Shown: positions 21,735 through 32,300 of the stretch, in pieces
Layout: the number at the start of each line of letters is the position of its first letter
Numbering within the stretch: position 1 is the stretch's first letter
NCBI GenBank assembly: GCA_000002435.2
Contig: CM018793.1
Origin: Giardia intestinalis
Taxonomy: Eukaryota
Length of the DNA: 64,000 bases
Direction: 5' to 3' (one strand)
The notes under the pieces: generated by a model
Told to the model about the DNA's origin: nothing
Seen by the model: the letters and a program-made list of their open reading frames with translations, nothing else
The model's database searches: none
Program-made: the position numbers and the translations under genes

Positions 21735-24700
21735 ATGGCATGTCCCTCGCCAAGCGCAGAGTTCTCTGATCTCGTCGCTGGAGGTGACCCAGTGGCTTGT
21801 CAGCTACACCCCACGCCAAACCCTATATTGGAGATGGCACCCGAGCACATCTTCGATGACCCGGTCAGTTCATCCCCGGATACCGACCATAGTCTTGGCA
21901 ACGAACCAAACGAAAGCGAGGACGACGACACCGACGAGGATGCCTTTTCTACTGTTTCTCTCAAAGATATTGACACCTTAGTTGCATTCTACGAGACGCT
22001 ACTCAAGCACTCTGTCAATACAGATGCCTTCCATGCCATCTCTAAGGTGACCCTGGATCTGAAGGACCTAAAACTCTGCCACGGTGAGTATCCGAAGGAC
22101 ATGCAGGCCACTCTGGGGGACAGGCTCTACCTTGCAGCACAGCTGACTGACTACTGCATTGTTTGCCTCTCTCTGGTGCCGCATCACGAGAACCTTTTTC
22201 TGAAGATACGGTGCCCGACGTGTCAGGCCGTCGAGTTCTGCTCTGGATTTTGCTCGCTAGAACAAAATACGCATCCTTGTAGGCTTTTGAGCAAGCTAAG
22301 AATGATGTCTCGCTGCAAGGACACGTATATAGATACTTATCGTGATAGGAAGAACATGGTGATAGAGCGAGCCAATATGCTTGAGGCACATCACGCAGAA
22401 GCGCTTGCGCTAGATGCACAGAAGGAGGAGCTTATTCGGCGGCGTGGAGTGAGTGAGGAAATCACGGATTTGCCGGAAAGCAACGCAGAGCTCGTCCTCA
22501 CAGAGAGTGATCAGTATATCTTGAACAAGCTCCAGCCGGTGTGCAATATCTTGGGTCTTACTAGGAAGCTGTACACAAAGAAGGACCAGGTGTTTCTCAA
22601 GGACCTAGCAGAGTCTAGCTTCACCATTGCAGACTTGCGTGTTAAGGATCCGTTCACCTACGCCTTCATACTCAAAATCGCCTTTCTCTTCAGCGGCGGT
22701 ATGACAAAGGTCCAGCAGGAGAAGGATAAGCTCACGAGTGTCCTCAAAGAGATTCGGAAGATGTCTGCTGAGTTCGACTTCAACTACAGCTTTCTTCATC
22801 AGACGCTGACAGACCTGAAGAAGATCATGCTTACAGCCTCCAGCGAAGCTACAGACCTGGCCTCTATCCAGAGCGTGTACCAAGCTTGCAGAAACACCCT
22901 CAGTATGACCGACAAGATCAAGCTTCCTGAGCAGTGTCAAGCCGCTCTAAATGACATCCGGAAGGTGGTGTACTTTTGGAACGAGATACGGATGTCGAAT
23001 CACTTGATTGATGCGCTCAACAGATACTACGACTTTATCAAGGGTATAAATCTTCATGAGGCGCGAAAGAAGCAGCTCCAACAGGAGTCAGCAAACCTCA
23101 CAGACCAGATCAGAGAGTGCCAGGAAAATATAGCTGAAGTCAAGCAGGCCACACTAGAGCTTCAGGCCCGTTTGGATAAGCTCAAGGTTGGTATTTTTCC
23201 TTCGTCAGGTCCATCCCCTGCCGAAGACACTGGTTCAACCGCGGCGTCCGCTGGCGACTCGAATACCAAGCAGCCAAGCATTGTCAAAACCCGTGGAAGT
23301 GTGATGGGAGCCAGCACGGCTGCACATAATGGCGTGACTGATTCACTATTGAAGGAGCACAACCTATCCGCTTTCTCCAATAGCAGCAGGTTACTGGGTA
23401 ATGTAACCTCAGCAACAAGGCCGGCTGCTCATGCTCAGGCCTCCATTGCAGAAGGAAAGGCCTCTACATTAACTCGGTCTCAAGACCCAGATACCTTGCC
23501 GCGTCTATATTCCCAATCAGACGATGGCACACTTACAAATCGTACATCATGCATCTCCACCAACATATTACCTAAGTATCTTAACGAGGCGCAAAACGTA
23601 TTGGCACTATCGACGGTAGATGTAGAGCACGGAGGAACCGAGGAGTCCGATCATCTCCAAAGACAGGAGGGCACACACTCGAAGGGCGGATTGGACAATC
23701 TTCTTTCCTTCTCCGACGTGGTTGTTAGCATTAATGATATCATGTCTGCTCCAACGTCACCCCAACTTCCATCACTGCCGCCACATCAGGTTGAAAATCT
23801 TAGCGAAAGCATATCAGCAGAACCTGCACCTCTTACGAAGCGAAGCATACTTGAGCAGCACCCTCCTATGGCGCCATTTTCTCAATGCGACGGTAGCCCA
23901 GAGATTCCACACCTTGAAAATGCGTTGCACCTTTCTCAAGCACCGCCATTGGACAGATCGCTCTCCAAATCTACCCCCGATGACGTGCCTTTAAACCTTA
24001 CGCGCCCCTTAACGAGATCCGTGAACATCCTTCCTGGAGCCGATGACATAATCGCTTCAGAATCTGACCCTTTGCGTCTAGCAACCATAGCCCGCTCCAT
24101 TATATCCAAGCCCCAGGTGGATACCTGCAAATCTGACAGCAGTCCGCTTCTGACTAGATCCTCAACTAGCGACCAAGTGCTCCTGGAGTTCAACGAGGAG
24201 CAGAACCGAGAGTCCACTACAATGCAGAGCCCCACTTTTGGTGCAGACATGCAAGAAAGCACCGTAAATACCCTGCAGAAGCAGCAGAATCCAGCTCATG
24301 ATCAGGAGCTTCGCATTCGCGAGTCGTCTAACCTACATGTCGCCCATTTCAGATCACTTAGTGACAGCATGCTTACTAATAAAGAAAAATCAAGCGAGAC
24401 AGATCGTGCAGAGAATGTATCGGCGATTCACATTATTCCACCCAAACCCCCGATCAACACATTTAATAAGGCTACCGAGGAAGGCACAGACATGGCAAAT
24501 AGCTGCATCAGAAACTCGACTACATCAGTCACAACGGCGATTAATCAATACGAAGCTGACCCGGCTGCTGGCCGTATCCCTGCAAAGGTGGAAGCACAGA
24601 CAGATACAGACGCATCTTCTCAGACCACAGAGTTTGGACTAAGCTCTCTGACCAGTTCGTCCACACAGACTGATAGACAAACGAGCCATGTGCCCACAGA

Positions 24701-25523
24701 CATTTCTGCAGATCATCCACGGATTCCAGAGCAGGATAGCAAGCATAGGTCACTGTCTGATAGATATAGAGATATGCATGCCAAAATGATAAGGCAAAGA
24801 TCGATATTCGACAACGTTGACGGGGCGTCCAAGAGCACATCTGATGCACGCGGGAATGAACATAAGCTGAGAAAGAGTATGCACATATCAAGCATACCTA
24901 AGAACCTACTTGATTTCAATGTCACTGCAGAGAATACCAATATCCTGGCGTACTTTAACAAGCCTCCGAGCAACCCCAAGTTGAGCCAGGTGGTGCAGCT
25001 CAACTCCCAAAAGATATCAAAATATCTAGATGATCTCACCACATCCATGTACACAACAGAGGTTATATTCTTAGCGAAGGTGTGGAAGACCATGGCCAGG
25101 GGGCTGCTCCTTTTGGGTAGAATAAACAGCTACTACAGCAAGAAGGCAGCTGCTTCAGGAGAGACATATGTGGACAGGGTGGTTGGAACACATGAGCAAA
25201 TGCTTGTCAAACGAATCTATGAGATGATCCTCACCAAGCTGATAAACACTAAGTTCGAATACTACAGCTACATCAAGCTGTGCCAACTTCGTTTCAACAT
25301 GAGCATAGGGACGGCAAAAAACTGCAAGTGGAAGAGCAGCGACGATGTGCTCAAGTTTTCGTTAACCGAGGATCAGTATAGACGCCTTAAACAAGCTAAC
25401 GCCCTCCGAGTTAATACAGAAAAGATGAGCATCGCGCAACGAAAAGCGTTATACACATCCTTAAAGAACTACATCATGGACGGTGTACAGATAGACCCCA
25501 ATGAAGTGTTGAGGGCTGGCTGA
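21735..25523 (+). CDS. 1262-aa protein with an N-terminal MYND-type zinc finger (C-x2-C ... C-x2-C ... C-x3-C ... H-x3-C around CIVCLS...CPTCQAVEFCSGFCSLEQNTHPC), coiled-coil regions and a long S/T-rich disordered region.
   Basis: Long ORF, divergent from RPL11 across a 48-bp promoter region. Cys/His spacing fits a MYND finger. Confidence 0.6.
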   Translation: MACPSPSAEFSDLVAGGDPVACQLHPTPNPILEMAPEHIFDDPVSSSPDTDHSLGNEPNESEDDDTDEDAFSTVSLKDIDTLVAFYETLLKHSVNTDAFHAISKVTLDLKDLKLCHGEYPKDMQATLGDRLYLAAQLTDYCIVCLSLVPHHENLFLKIRCPTCQAVEFCSGFCSLEQNTHPCRLLSKLRMMSRCKDTYIDTYRDRKNMVIERANMLEAHHAEALALDAQKEELIRRRGVSEEITDLPESNAELVLTESDQYILNKLQPVCNILGLTRKLYTKKDQVFLKDLAESSFTIADLRVKDPFTYAFILKIAFLFSGGMTKVQQEKDKLTSVLKEIRKMSAEFDFNYSFLHQTLTDLKKIMLTASSEATDLASIQSVYQACRNTLSMTDKIKLPEQCQAALNDIRKVVYFWNEIRMSNHLIDALNRYYDFIKGINLHEARKKQLQQESANLTDQIRECQENIAEVKQATLELQARLDKLKVGIFPSSGPSPAEDTGSTAASAGDSNTKQPSIVKTRGSVMGASTAAHNGVTDSLLKEHNLSAFSNSSRLLGNVTSATRPAAHAQASIAEGKASTLTRSQDPDTLPRLYSQSDDGTLTNRTSCISTNILPKYLNEAQNVLALSTVDVEHGGTEESDHLQRQEGTHSKGGLDNLLSFSDVVVSINDIMSAPTSPQLPSLPPHQVENLSESISAEPAPLTKRSILEQHPPMAPFSQCDGSPEIPHLENALHLSQAPPLDRSLSKSTPDDVPLNLTRPLTRSVNILPGADDIIASESDPLRLATIARSIISKPQVDTCKSDSSPLLTRSSTSDQVLLEFNEEQNRESTTMQSPTFGADMQESTVNTLQKQQNPAHDQELRIRESSNLHVAHFRSLSDSMLTNKEKSSETDRAENVSAIHIIPPKPPINTFNKATEEGTDMANSCIRNSTTSVTTAINQYEADPAAGRIPAKVEAQTDTDASSQTTEFGLSSLTSSSTQTDRQTSHVPTDISADHPRIPEQDSKHRSLSDRYRDMHAKMIRQRSIFDNVDGASKSTSDARGNEHKLRKSMHISSIPKNLLDFNVTAENTNILAYFNKPPSNPKLSQVVQLNSQKISKYLDDLTTSMYTTEVIFLAKVWKTMARGLLLLGRINSYYSKKAAASGETYVDRVVGTHEQMLVKRIYEMILTKLINTKFEYYSYIKLCQLRFNMSIGTAKNCKWKSSDDVLKFSLTEDQYRRLKQANALRVNTEKMSIAQRKALYTSLKNYIMDGVQIDPNEVLRAG

Positions 25524-25569
25524 GACGGACAGAACAGAACACGGCAAGGTGGTCGTAATGATCTCTTCT

Positions 25570-26787
25570 TCACTTGCCTATCTTAGGGAGACACTTGAGC
25601 GTAGACATGGACCCAGCTAAGGGCGTTGTCATGCTATGAGTAGGAGAGGCAAGCAGTTGTTTAGACCTATTTTCTTGCAGCAATGGCGGCTTAGCGCTTT
25701 TCCCACCTGTGTCCTGATCATAGGCTTGGTGTGCTACAATGCCCCGGAGTCTAATAAGATCTGCTTCTGTTAGGCTCTTAGCTGACTCCACGAGCTCTTG
25801 CGAAATGGCAAGTGCAACCTCGCTAACCTTGGCTGTATTGGTTATGGTGTTCTGTATCTTTTCCACTTTCTTGAGTAAATAGTTGTACTCAATCTCTAGC
25901 ATACTTCTGACTCTGATGATGAATTCGCCAGTATAGTCTGACGCCGTTAATTTCAGCTCACGCAATGTACTGGCATCATAGATGGGTGGATCTACCACCT
26001 GCTCTTCAGGCTCTGGCTGTTTTTCTGGACCTGTCCCGGATTGATCTCTAGTCGGCGGGCTATCAATAGCGTAAAAGTCTACGTCACCTTCATCTTCATC
26101 ACTACCATCACTGTTATCATTACCACTATCCTTCATAAGAGTATGCACCTGTGGCACTACTTGTACTGGAGAAGAAGGGATTGGATTGAGGGCTGGAGCT
26201 GCTTCCTCGAGAGACGGTAAATGCGACGTGTATGCATGTAATGTGGAAGGTGTATCTCCAACCGTACTAGGTGCCGAGGTAGCAAAGAGAGAGTCGCTGA
26301 CATAGCTGATATGTTTAGCATCCGCCTGGCCGGCCAGTGTTTTAACGGTTTTCGAGGAGAGGATGCGTTGGACAACCTTGGATGCTTTAAACTTCTCTTG
26401 CTTGTGATATGCTTCTGCTACCTCGTTAAGACGTCGTGCTTGACTCTTTGACCTCGACACTAGAGCCCTTTTCTCTGGCCCAGACTGTTTCAGCAAGTCA
26501 ACGACCTCTTTAAGCAATGCCTCATGCTCGCCGAAGTGGGGATAGAGACCCATTGTCTGGATCAAGGTACTAGCAGAATCGGAGGCAGTGACCACGTTGG
26601 CAAACATGTCACATAGTATTTCAGCATTGGTCAGCGCTTCATGGTAGACATCTGCATTACGCTCCACCAGATCTTTTCCTACCGCGTGAAGGGCGAAGTC
26701 CCGATCGGCGGGGGTTGTCTTTTCCTGGATGATGTCCCACACCAATCTAATGCCTAGACAGTTCTCTGCTTGTTGAGAGGCCAACAT
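25570..26787 (-). CDS. Hypothetical 405-aa protein.
   Basis: Long ORF with an acidic stretch. It is divergent (about 60 bp) from the ankyrin gene. No recognised motif. Confidence 0.5.
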   Translation of the reverse strand: MLASQQAENCLGIRLVWDIIQEKTTPADRDFALHAVGKDLVERNADVYHEALTNAEILCDMFANVVTASDSASTLIQTMGLYPHFGEHEALLKEVVDLLKQSGPEKRALVSRSKSQARRLNEVAEAYHKQEKFKASKVVQRILSSKTVKTLAGQADAKHISYVSDSLFATSAPSTVGDTPSTLHAYTSHLPSLEEAAPALNPIPSSPVQVVPQVHTLMKDSGNDNSDGSDEDEGDVDFYAIDSPPTRDQSGTGPEKQPEPEEQVVDPPIYDASTLRELKLTASDYTGEFIIRVRSMLEIEYNYLLKKVEKIQNTITNTAKVSEVALAISQELVESAKSLTEADLIRLRGIVAHQAYDQDTGGKSAKPPLLQENRSKQLLASPTHSMTTPLAGSMSTLKCLPKIGK

Positions 26788-26846
26788 GCATGCACAGACA
26801 GCCGGAAATTAGAGGGCACAAAGGCTTTTTACTAATCCTTAACTAA

Positions 26847-28115
26847 ATGATTCTTCCCAACAATCCTACTCCAAAGGACATCGCAAAGTTCCGCAGCCGC
26901 CTCCCAAAGCCGGGGCAGACAAATACCACGGGAAAGACGGCGCTTATGCTTGTAGCTGGGGAAGGTTTGACAGATTTGGTAAGGGAGTATGCCGAGTACA
27001 CTCCTCCTGCGAAAAAGGGCGTACAGCAGCCCAACCCATATTTGAAGGCTAGAGATACCGAGACATGCGCCACAGCCCTCATTATCGCCACAAAGCACCG
27101 CCACACAGAAGCAGCGGCCATCTTGGCCAAGTATGAAGCAGGCATACGCGACAGCCACGGAAGAACGGCTTTAATCTATGCCGCCATAGATGACAATATA
27201 GAGTTAGTTGCCCTTCTCATGGACGCAGAGAAAACGGTGGTTGATAAATCGGGGATGACGGCACTTATGTATGCAGCCAGCAAAGGAAACCTGCAGACGG
27301 TCAAACTTCTTGCACCACTCGAAAAAGGAATGTATACACGCAACCATTTCAATGACACCAGAGAGCAAAGGGAAGAGACCAGGAGAAGCATAACGGCCCA
27401 ACGCATGGCAGTCATGGACGAGATTGCTTGTAATTTGCTTGACCACATTGGTGGGCCAAGTGGCCTGCCACCCATGCACCCCACGCACTCTCCTGGCTTT
27501 TCAGTAGGGACTCGCAGAAGTATGATGCTATCGGCCATTGCTGATGGATCAGCGCCACGCTCCACAAGAGCCAGTATTGACAGCGCTGGAATTCGAAAGT
27601 CAATGAGCATTGCTGCAGAGAGTTTGGCAGAAGATGGCAAAGTAGTCGAGAATGCTGCTTCGTACACAGCTTTGATGCTAGCGGCTAAGGAGCATCATCC
27701 AATGTGTGTGAAGGTTCTGGTCGACTACGAGGCCGGTATCAAGGACCAGATCTTTGAGCAAACAGCGTTAATGAAGTGTCTCTCGGCCATGCACAAGTTC
27801 ATGTCCAGCGGATTCCACGAGGATTATACCAGTGTATACACCGAGTTCTATCAGTGCGCTTCTATTCTCATTCAAAAGGGAGGTGCAAAGGGCGAGCTTG
27901 GCATAGTGGATGTAGAAAGCAGAACAGCCCTACAGCGTATCTTGATGCTTCCCGTCGACGACTCCAACATGGAGGATATCAATGAGCTGATCCAGCTTGC
28001 TTTCAAGGAGTGTCCGCGGGAATATACTCTGACTATAGAAGGATGTGAGATCAGAGGAGAAACTGACCTAGTGCAAGTCCTCAAAAATTTGGAGAACCAT
28101 CCAGTAATAGAGTAA
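26847..28115 (+). CDS. Ankyrin-repeat protein (422 aa). Repeated ~33-aa units of the form G.TALM.AA..G....V..L.
   Basis: Several ankyrin consensus repeats are visible (TALMLVAGEGLTDLV, TALIYAAIDDNIELVALLM, MTALMYAASKGNLQTVKLL, YTALMLAAKEHHPMCVKVLV). The stop lies in AGTAAAG. Confidence 0.8.
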   Translation: MILPNNPTPKDIAKFRSRLPKPGQTNTTGKTALMLVAGEGLTDLVREYAEYTPPAKKGVQQPNPYLKARDTETCATALIIATKHRHTEAAAILAKYEAGIRDSHGRTALIYAAIDDNIELVALLMDAEKTVVDKSGMTALMYAASKGNLQTVKLLAPLEKGMYTRNHFNDTREQREETRRSITAQRMAVMDEIACNLLDHIGGPSGLPPMHPTHSPGFSVGTRRSMMLSAIADGSAPRSTRASIDSAGIRKSMSIAAESLAEDGKVVENAASYTALMLAAKEHHPMCVKVLVDYEAGIKDQIFEQTALMKCLSAMHKFMSSGFHEDYTSVYTEFYQCASILIQKGGAKGELGIVDVESRTALQRILMLPVDDSNMEDINELIQLAFKECPREYTLTIEGCEIRGETDLVQVLKNLENHPVIE

Positions 28116-28212
28116 AGCTATTCATTATAGTGGAATTGCCTGGTCTATCCGTCTAGTTTTTGGTGATCCCAGCTCTTATATCCTCTTGGTCTTGATTTTA
28201 TAGAAGTGCACA

Positions 28213-28228
28213 GGGGCGCAGATTTCGG
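28213..28228 (+). promoter_or_regulatory. Histone-gene upstream motif GGGGCGCAGATTTCGG, about 35 bp 5' of the H2B ATG.
   Basis: It resembles the conserved upstream element reported for Giardia core histone genes, which I recall as GRGCGCAGATTVGG. It is duplicated at 34487..34502. Confidence 0.5.
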
Positions 28229-28262
28229 CTGCGGAAGGGGGGAAAAAGCGGGCGGGAAAGAA

Positions 28263-28655
28263 ATGTCGAAGGTGGAGACGAAGCGCCTGATGAAGAAGAC
28301 GGAGGCCGGGGACAAGGGCGACGCGAAGCGCAAGCACAAGCGCCACGAGACGTACGCGACGTACATCTACAAGGTCCTCCGCTCGGAGAACATCCGCTCC
28401 GAGGCAGACACGGACCTCGGGATCTCGAACAAGGGCATGGAGGTGATGAACTCGCTCGTGAACGACCTCTTCGAGCGCATCGCGTCCGAGGCGTCGAACC
28501 TCGCGAAGATCAGCAAGCGGAACACGATCGGGAAGAAGGACATCGAGTCCGCCGCGAAGCTCGTCATCCCGGGCGAGATCGGCCGCCTGATCCGCGACGA
28601 GGCCGACAAGGCCCTCTCGAAGTTCACGTCCTCGAAGGAGTCCACGAAGAAGTAA
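28263..28655 (+). CDS. H2B: Histone H2B (130 aa), copy 1.
   Basis: Histone-fold core KRHETYATYIYKVL...GIS.KGMEVMNSLVNDLFERIA.EAS.LA...KR.TI..K.I..A.KLV.PGE...A..E..KA..KFTSS is diagnostic of H2B. The ORF-track start at 28206 is a GTG extension. The real ATG at 28263 is preceded by A-rich 'gggaaagaaATG'. Confidence 0.9.
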   Translation: MSKVETKRLMKKTEAGDKGDAKRKHKRHETYATYIYKVLRSENIRSEADTDLGISNKGMEVMNSLVNDLFERIASEASNLAKISKRNTIGKKDIESAAKLVIPGEIGRLIRDEADKALSKFTSSKESTKK

Positions 28656-29376
28656 ATTATAGCCCGCGTGCCGTTTTGCAGAGTGTGCGTCTCAGCTACC
28701 AGCGGTGTGGGGCGGAGCATCGCTGCTGGGGGCGAGAGTCTCGTATTGCGAGGCCGTACCGTTTGAATGGTTTGTAAGGTAATATCTGAGCCGCTGACCT
28801 TCAGAGTAATAGGTGACGCTACACCATTCTCGGAAAAGGTAAAAGAAGCAAGTTCGTCGGAGGTCATACGGCATTCTGGGCAGGAGAAGAAAATCTAATC
28901 TGTCTTTGGATAAGCAGAAGAGGGCTATGCTTTGATGGACACAACAAATCCGTCTACGGCCGCGCTGTGGTTCTGGACACGTCGCCCCAGTGTGAAGGTC
29001 TTATTCTTCGTAGATTCGGAAGATAGATATGAAGAAAGCAGGAAAGCCCTGTCCGTTCTACTCAATCCTCCAGCACACTCCTGCCCAAACGCTACGACTT
29101 GTCTTTCGGCACCATCAGAAGGAGCGCCTGCTAGTGCGAACTCCCCAACATTAGAAGCTAAGGACATGCTCTACCATCCAACTTGAGCGCAATTCCACCG
29201 ACTCACCGAGTGTTGAAGAGCGTAGCTGCAGAGACTCCTGGCGTTGTGATCCATCCAAAGTGTGTATCATGTCTCAGAAAGTGTACATTTATCACCAAAA
29301 AGTGTCCATTGAACGATTTTATTCTGCAATTTCAGCTTTAGCTTACAAATTCACAATTGTTTGCTGCTAGAATTGC

Positions 29377-32300
29377 TTGCCCCTAATCAACAGGAAGGCC
29401 ATGTCCTGGAATACAATCTATAGGGCACACCTTGCGCAAATACCCTATCCTGACGTATTAGCAACGACCAAAGACGGCCGTGCCTTTGGCGCTATGATCT
29501 GGGGGATCAACGACATCTCGTTTTCGGCGTCCTTTGCAAGTAAGCGGCAGGGGGGGCAGCTCGGAATCTGGTTCCGGGTTTCCATTTTTGACATGACCAA
29601 CAGACTCATTGTAGGGAATGAGCTTGTCTCCAAAATTGCCCGTAGTCCATCCTTGACCGATGACGGAGCGTACCGGGAGCTTTCGTCGCCTATGCCTTAC
29701 GTGTTTGTCACTCACGTCCCGCCAGAGCATGGGCTTCTCATCCAGCTCTGCGCTATCATATACACCGGTGAGACCCGCGTTATAGAGTCCCACCCCTCCT
29801 GCTTCGTACCTGAACTAGCCAATAACGTGGTAGTTCAGGATGAAATAGTCTTGGGGTGGACTCTATTTCGCTATGAGGACAAGGGGATACGCAGAATAGA
29901 GTCACTCCTAGCAGAGACAGGTGACACCGCTGTTTTTGAGCAGCAATTAATTCGTGGAAATCCTGCAGACTTGTTTAACGATAGCCATGACGTCCTTTCT
30001 ATCCTATCCAGAAAGAGTAAGGGGAGCAGGAAGGCGCCCTTTCTCCGCTACATCCTATTTAAGTATAAACAGCGGGACCTAGCCATTCCCGATACTCCGC
30101 GTTATGTCATCCCCTTCTTCTCACTCATTGACGCAGTTCATTGTCCTCCTATCTTTGCCCCTCGAGGAAAGGTCAGGCTTCAGAGTCGGCTAGACTGCAT
30201 AGAAGTCCCAGGGACTCTCCTGGACTCTCCAGATCGCACAGAGATGATCCGCTTATCAGTTGACGCAGCAGCAGCGTCGGTTGCACGCTTCTATGACTTC
30301 AACAGCTGCGAAGGGCCTCAGAGCCCGCATGCGTCTAGATCCGGAGCATGCGTGGGAGCCCTTCGGATGGTTGAGACGTACGCATTTGAACAGCACATAA
30401 AAGAGTGTATTGCACAGCTTCTGGCTCCAAAGTTGGCGGATAGAGCAGGCCATGACGTGGATGAGAGAAGCATTCGTATTCACATTTTGGGGTACACTAT
30501 TAAGATCCTCCCCCACGACGGATTTCAGCCCATGGCAGACGCTCCCTACGAGATTCCCCTGGGCTGGATAGCAGAGGGAGGGCGCAGATCTGCATCCAGA
30601 AGGCATCGTAAGAAAATGAGCGCGCCGTCTGACGCCAGCAGGACATTAATGGAATCCCAAAAGGGCGCTCTTTACGACATTTCATCGCGACAAGTTTCCT
30701 CCGAAGCAATGGCTCGGACAGACCTCAAATATGATATGAGTAGCATTCTGCATGCAGACTCCAGATCCAAGAAGAAGCAATCACACAAGAAGGTTGGCCA
30801 TCGGCCTATAGCTGTGCAGATGCATGCGGGGCTTGTTGTCGCCATCTGCGTCACAATATCAATTGGCCTAAATACCACGGGTCACAAGGACATCTTCTTG
30901 CCACGCTGTGAGTTCTGTTTAGGCTGGGGAGCTATCGACGTGCTTCCTGCTTTATTCAGCTCCCAAACAAAAAGCGTCCCATGCACGATTCAGCTTAAAA
31001 CAGAAGACGAGTTCACTGTGGGTGTTCCGGGAATTAACCTGCCGATTCTTAATTGTAACAAGGTCACACGGATTGACATTTGGGCCAAGGATGATGACAT
31101 AATTGAGCGATCCAAGCACGCAAAGCACAGAGCGCATTCGCGATCTACTTCCAATGATGCTCATGGACGCGAACGAAGCTGGTCCAGAGTGCGAAGTTCC
31201 TCGCAAAATAGAGTAGATGCAAAGGCGCGGTCTGCTCAGAGGTCTGCAAGCAGGTACTCAGACACAAGGTCGGCCTCAGAGTCCTACACTGAAGTGTCAT
31301 CTACTAGTGATTCCGAATCTGATGGTGGATACAGCCATACGATGAGTGGATCTACCAGCATGATGGATTGCTTCTATGAATACATATGTCCGGTTGTCTC
31401 GCTTTCATTCCATCTCACAAAGGAAGAGGAGACTGCATCGGCGACAAATCGCAGCTCTCCGAGGGTGCAGGCAATTGCAGAATCGACGAAAAAAGTCGAG
31501 GATTCTCTCGGGCCCAGCGTTGTCCTAAATTCTCCGCAACAGACATCCAGGCTTGACTCAGACAGTGACTCAGACTATATAACCCAGACTCCCACAGTAA
31601 AGCAGAGGAAGGTCCAAGGAAACGATTCGGTTGAATCACTAATTAAGCTTTCGTCAGCGCCAAATACAAGCGATCCCTTGGACGGGTCCCTCGGTGAGGT
31701 GCCTGAAGACATCTCTGACCAAACAGATGGCAGACCGATAGATAAGAATAGCTATGTGTTAGAAGCATCCAGCAGCCCTGAGCGCATTGAGCGAGACCGT
31801 CGCTCTGAGCACTCGCACCGCTCATCGACCCCTTGTAGCAGGGACTCCACTGTGCCCCAGCACCTCCCGCCCATTGGCTTCGAGGCTCAAAGTCGAGGGT
31901 CAGGACCACACACCCAGAAGAAGAGCAAGTGTACAGACGAAGGAGGCGCTAGTCAAGCGAGCAGGGATACCGCGTTACAGATGACTGCAAACTTAGAGCA
32001 GACGTTGACGCAGATCCGAGCATACGACCCCCAGACCTATAGGAAGTATAAAAACTATTCTGAAACACGAGTCCTCGCTATTTCTCCTCTCCAGACACGT
32101 CTCAACGGGATAGGCTTCATACACGCATTGTATCACGGTTCCGGAGGCGATATGCAAGAGGTCTATGGGGAAACCATTAACCTTTCTGATCTCTCTGGTC
32201 CAAAAAATGTCTCTCCATATTACTTGTCAACCCCGGCTCCATTGTCCTCTCAGTTGATTGGCTGTACCATTTCCCTCTGTGTCTTGACTTATGATAGCAC

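Larger units (their letters stand above)
28207..28671. repeat. 465-bp direct repeat copy 1: H2B gene plus 56 bp upstream and about 16 bp downstream. By eye it is identical to copy 2 at 34481..34945.
   Basis: Perfect nucleotide identity was read from tgcacaggggcgcag... through ...agcccgcgtgc. The two encoded proteins are identical. Confidence 0.9.

Noticed and set aside
28367-28867. 166-aa minus-strand ORF (and 34641..34919).
   Set aside because: Antisense to histone H2B. It is an artefact of the high-GC3 histone coding sequence.
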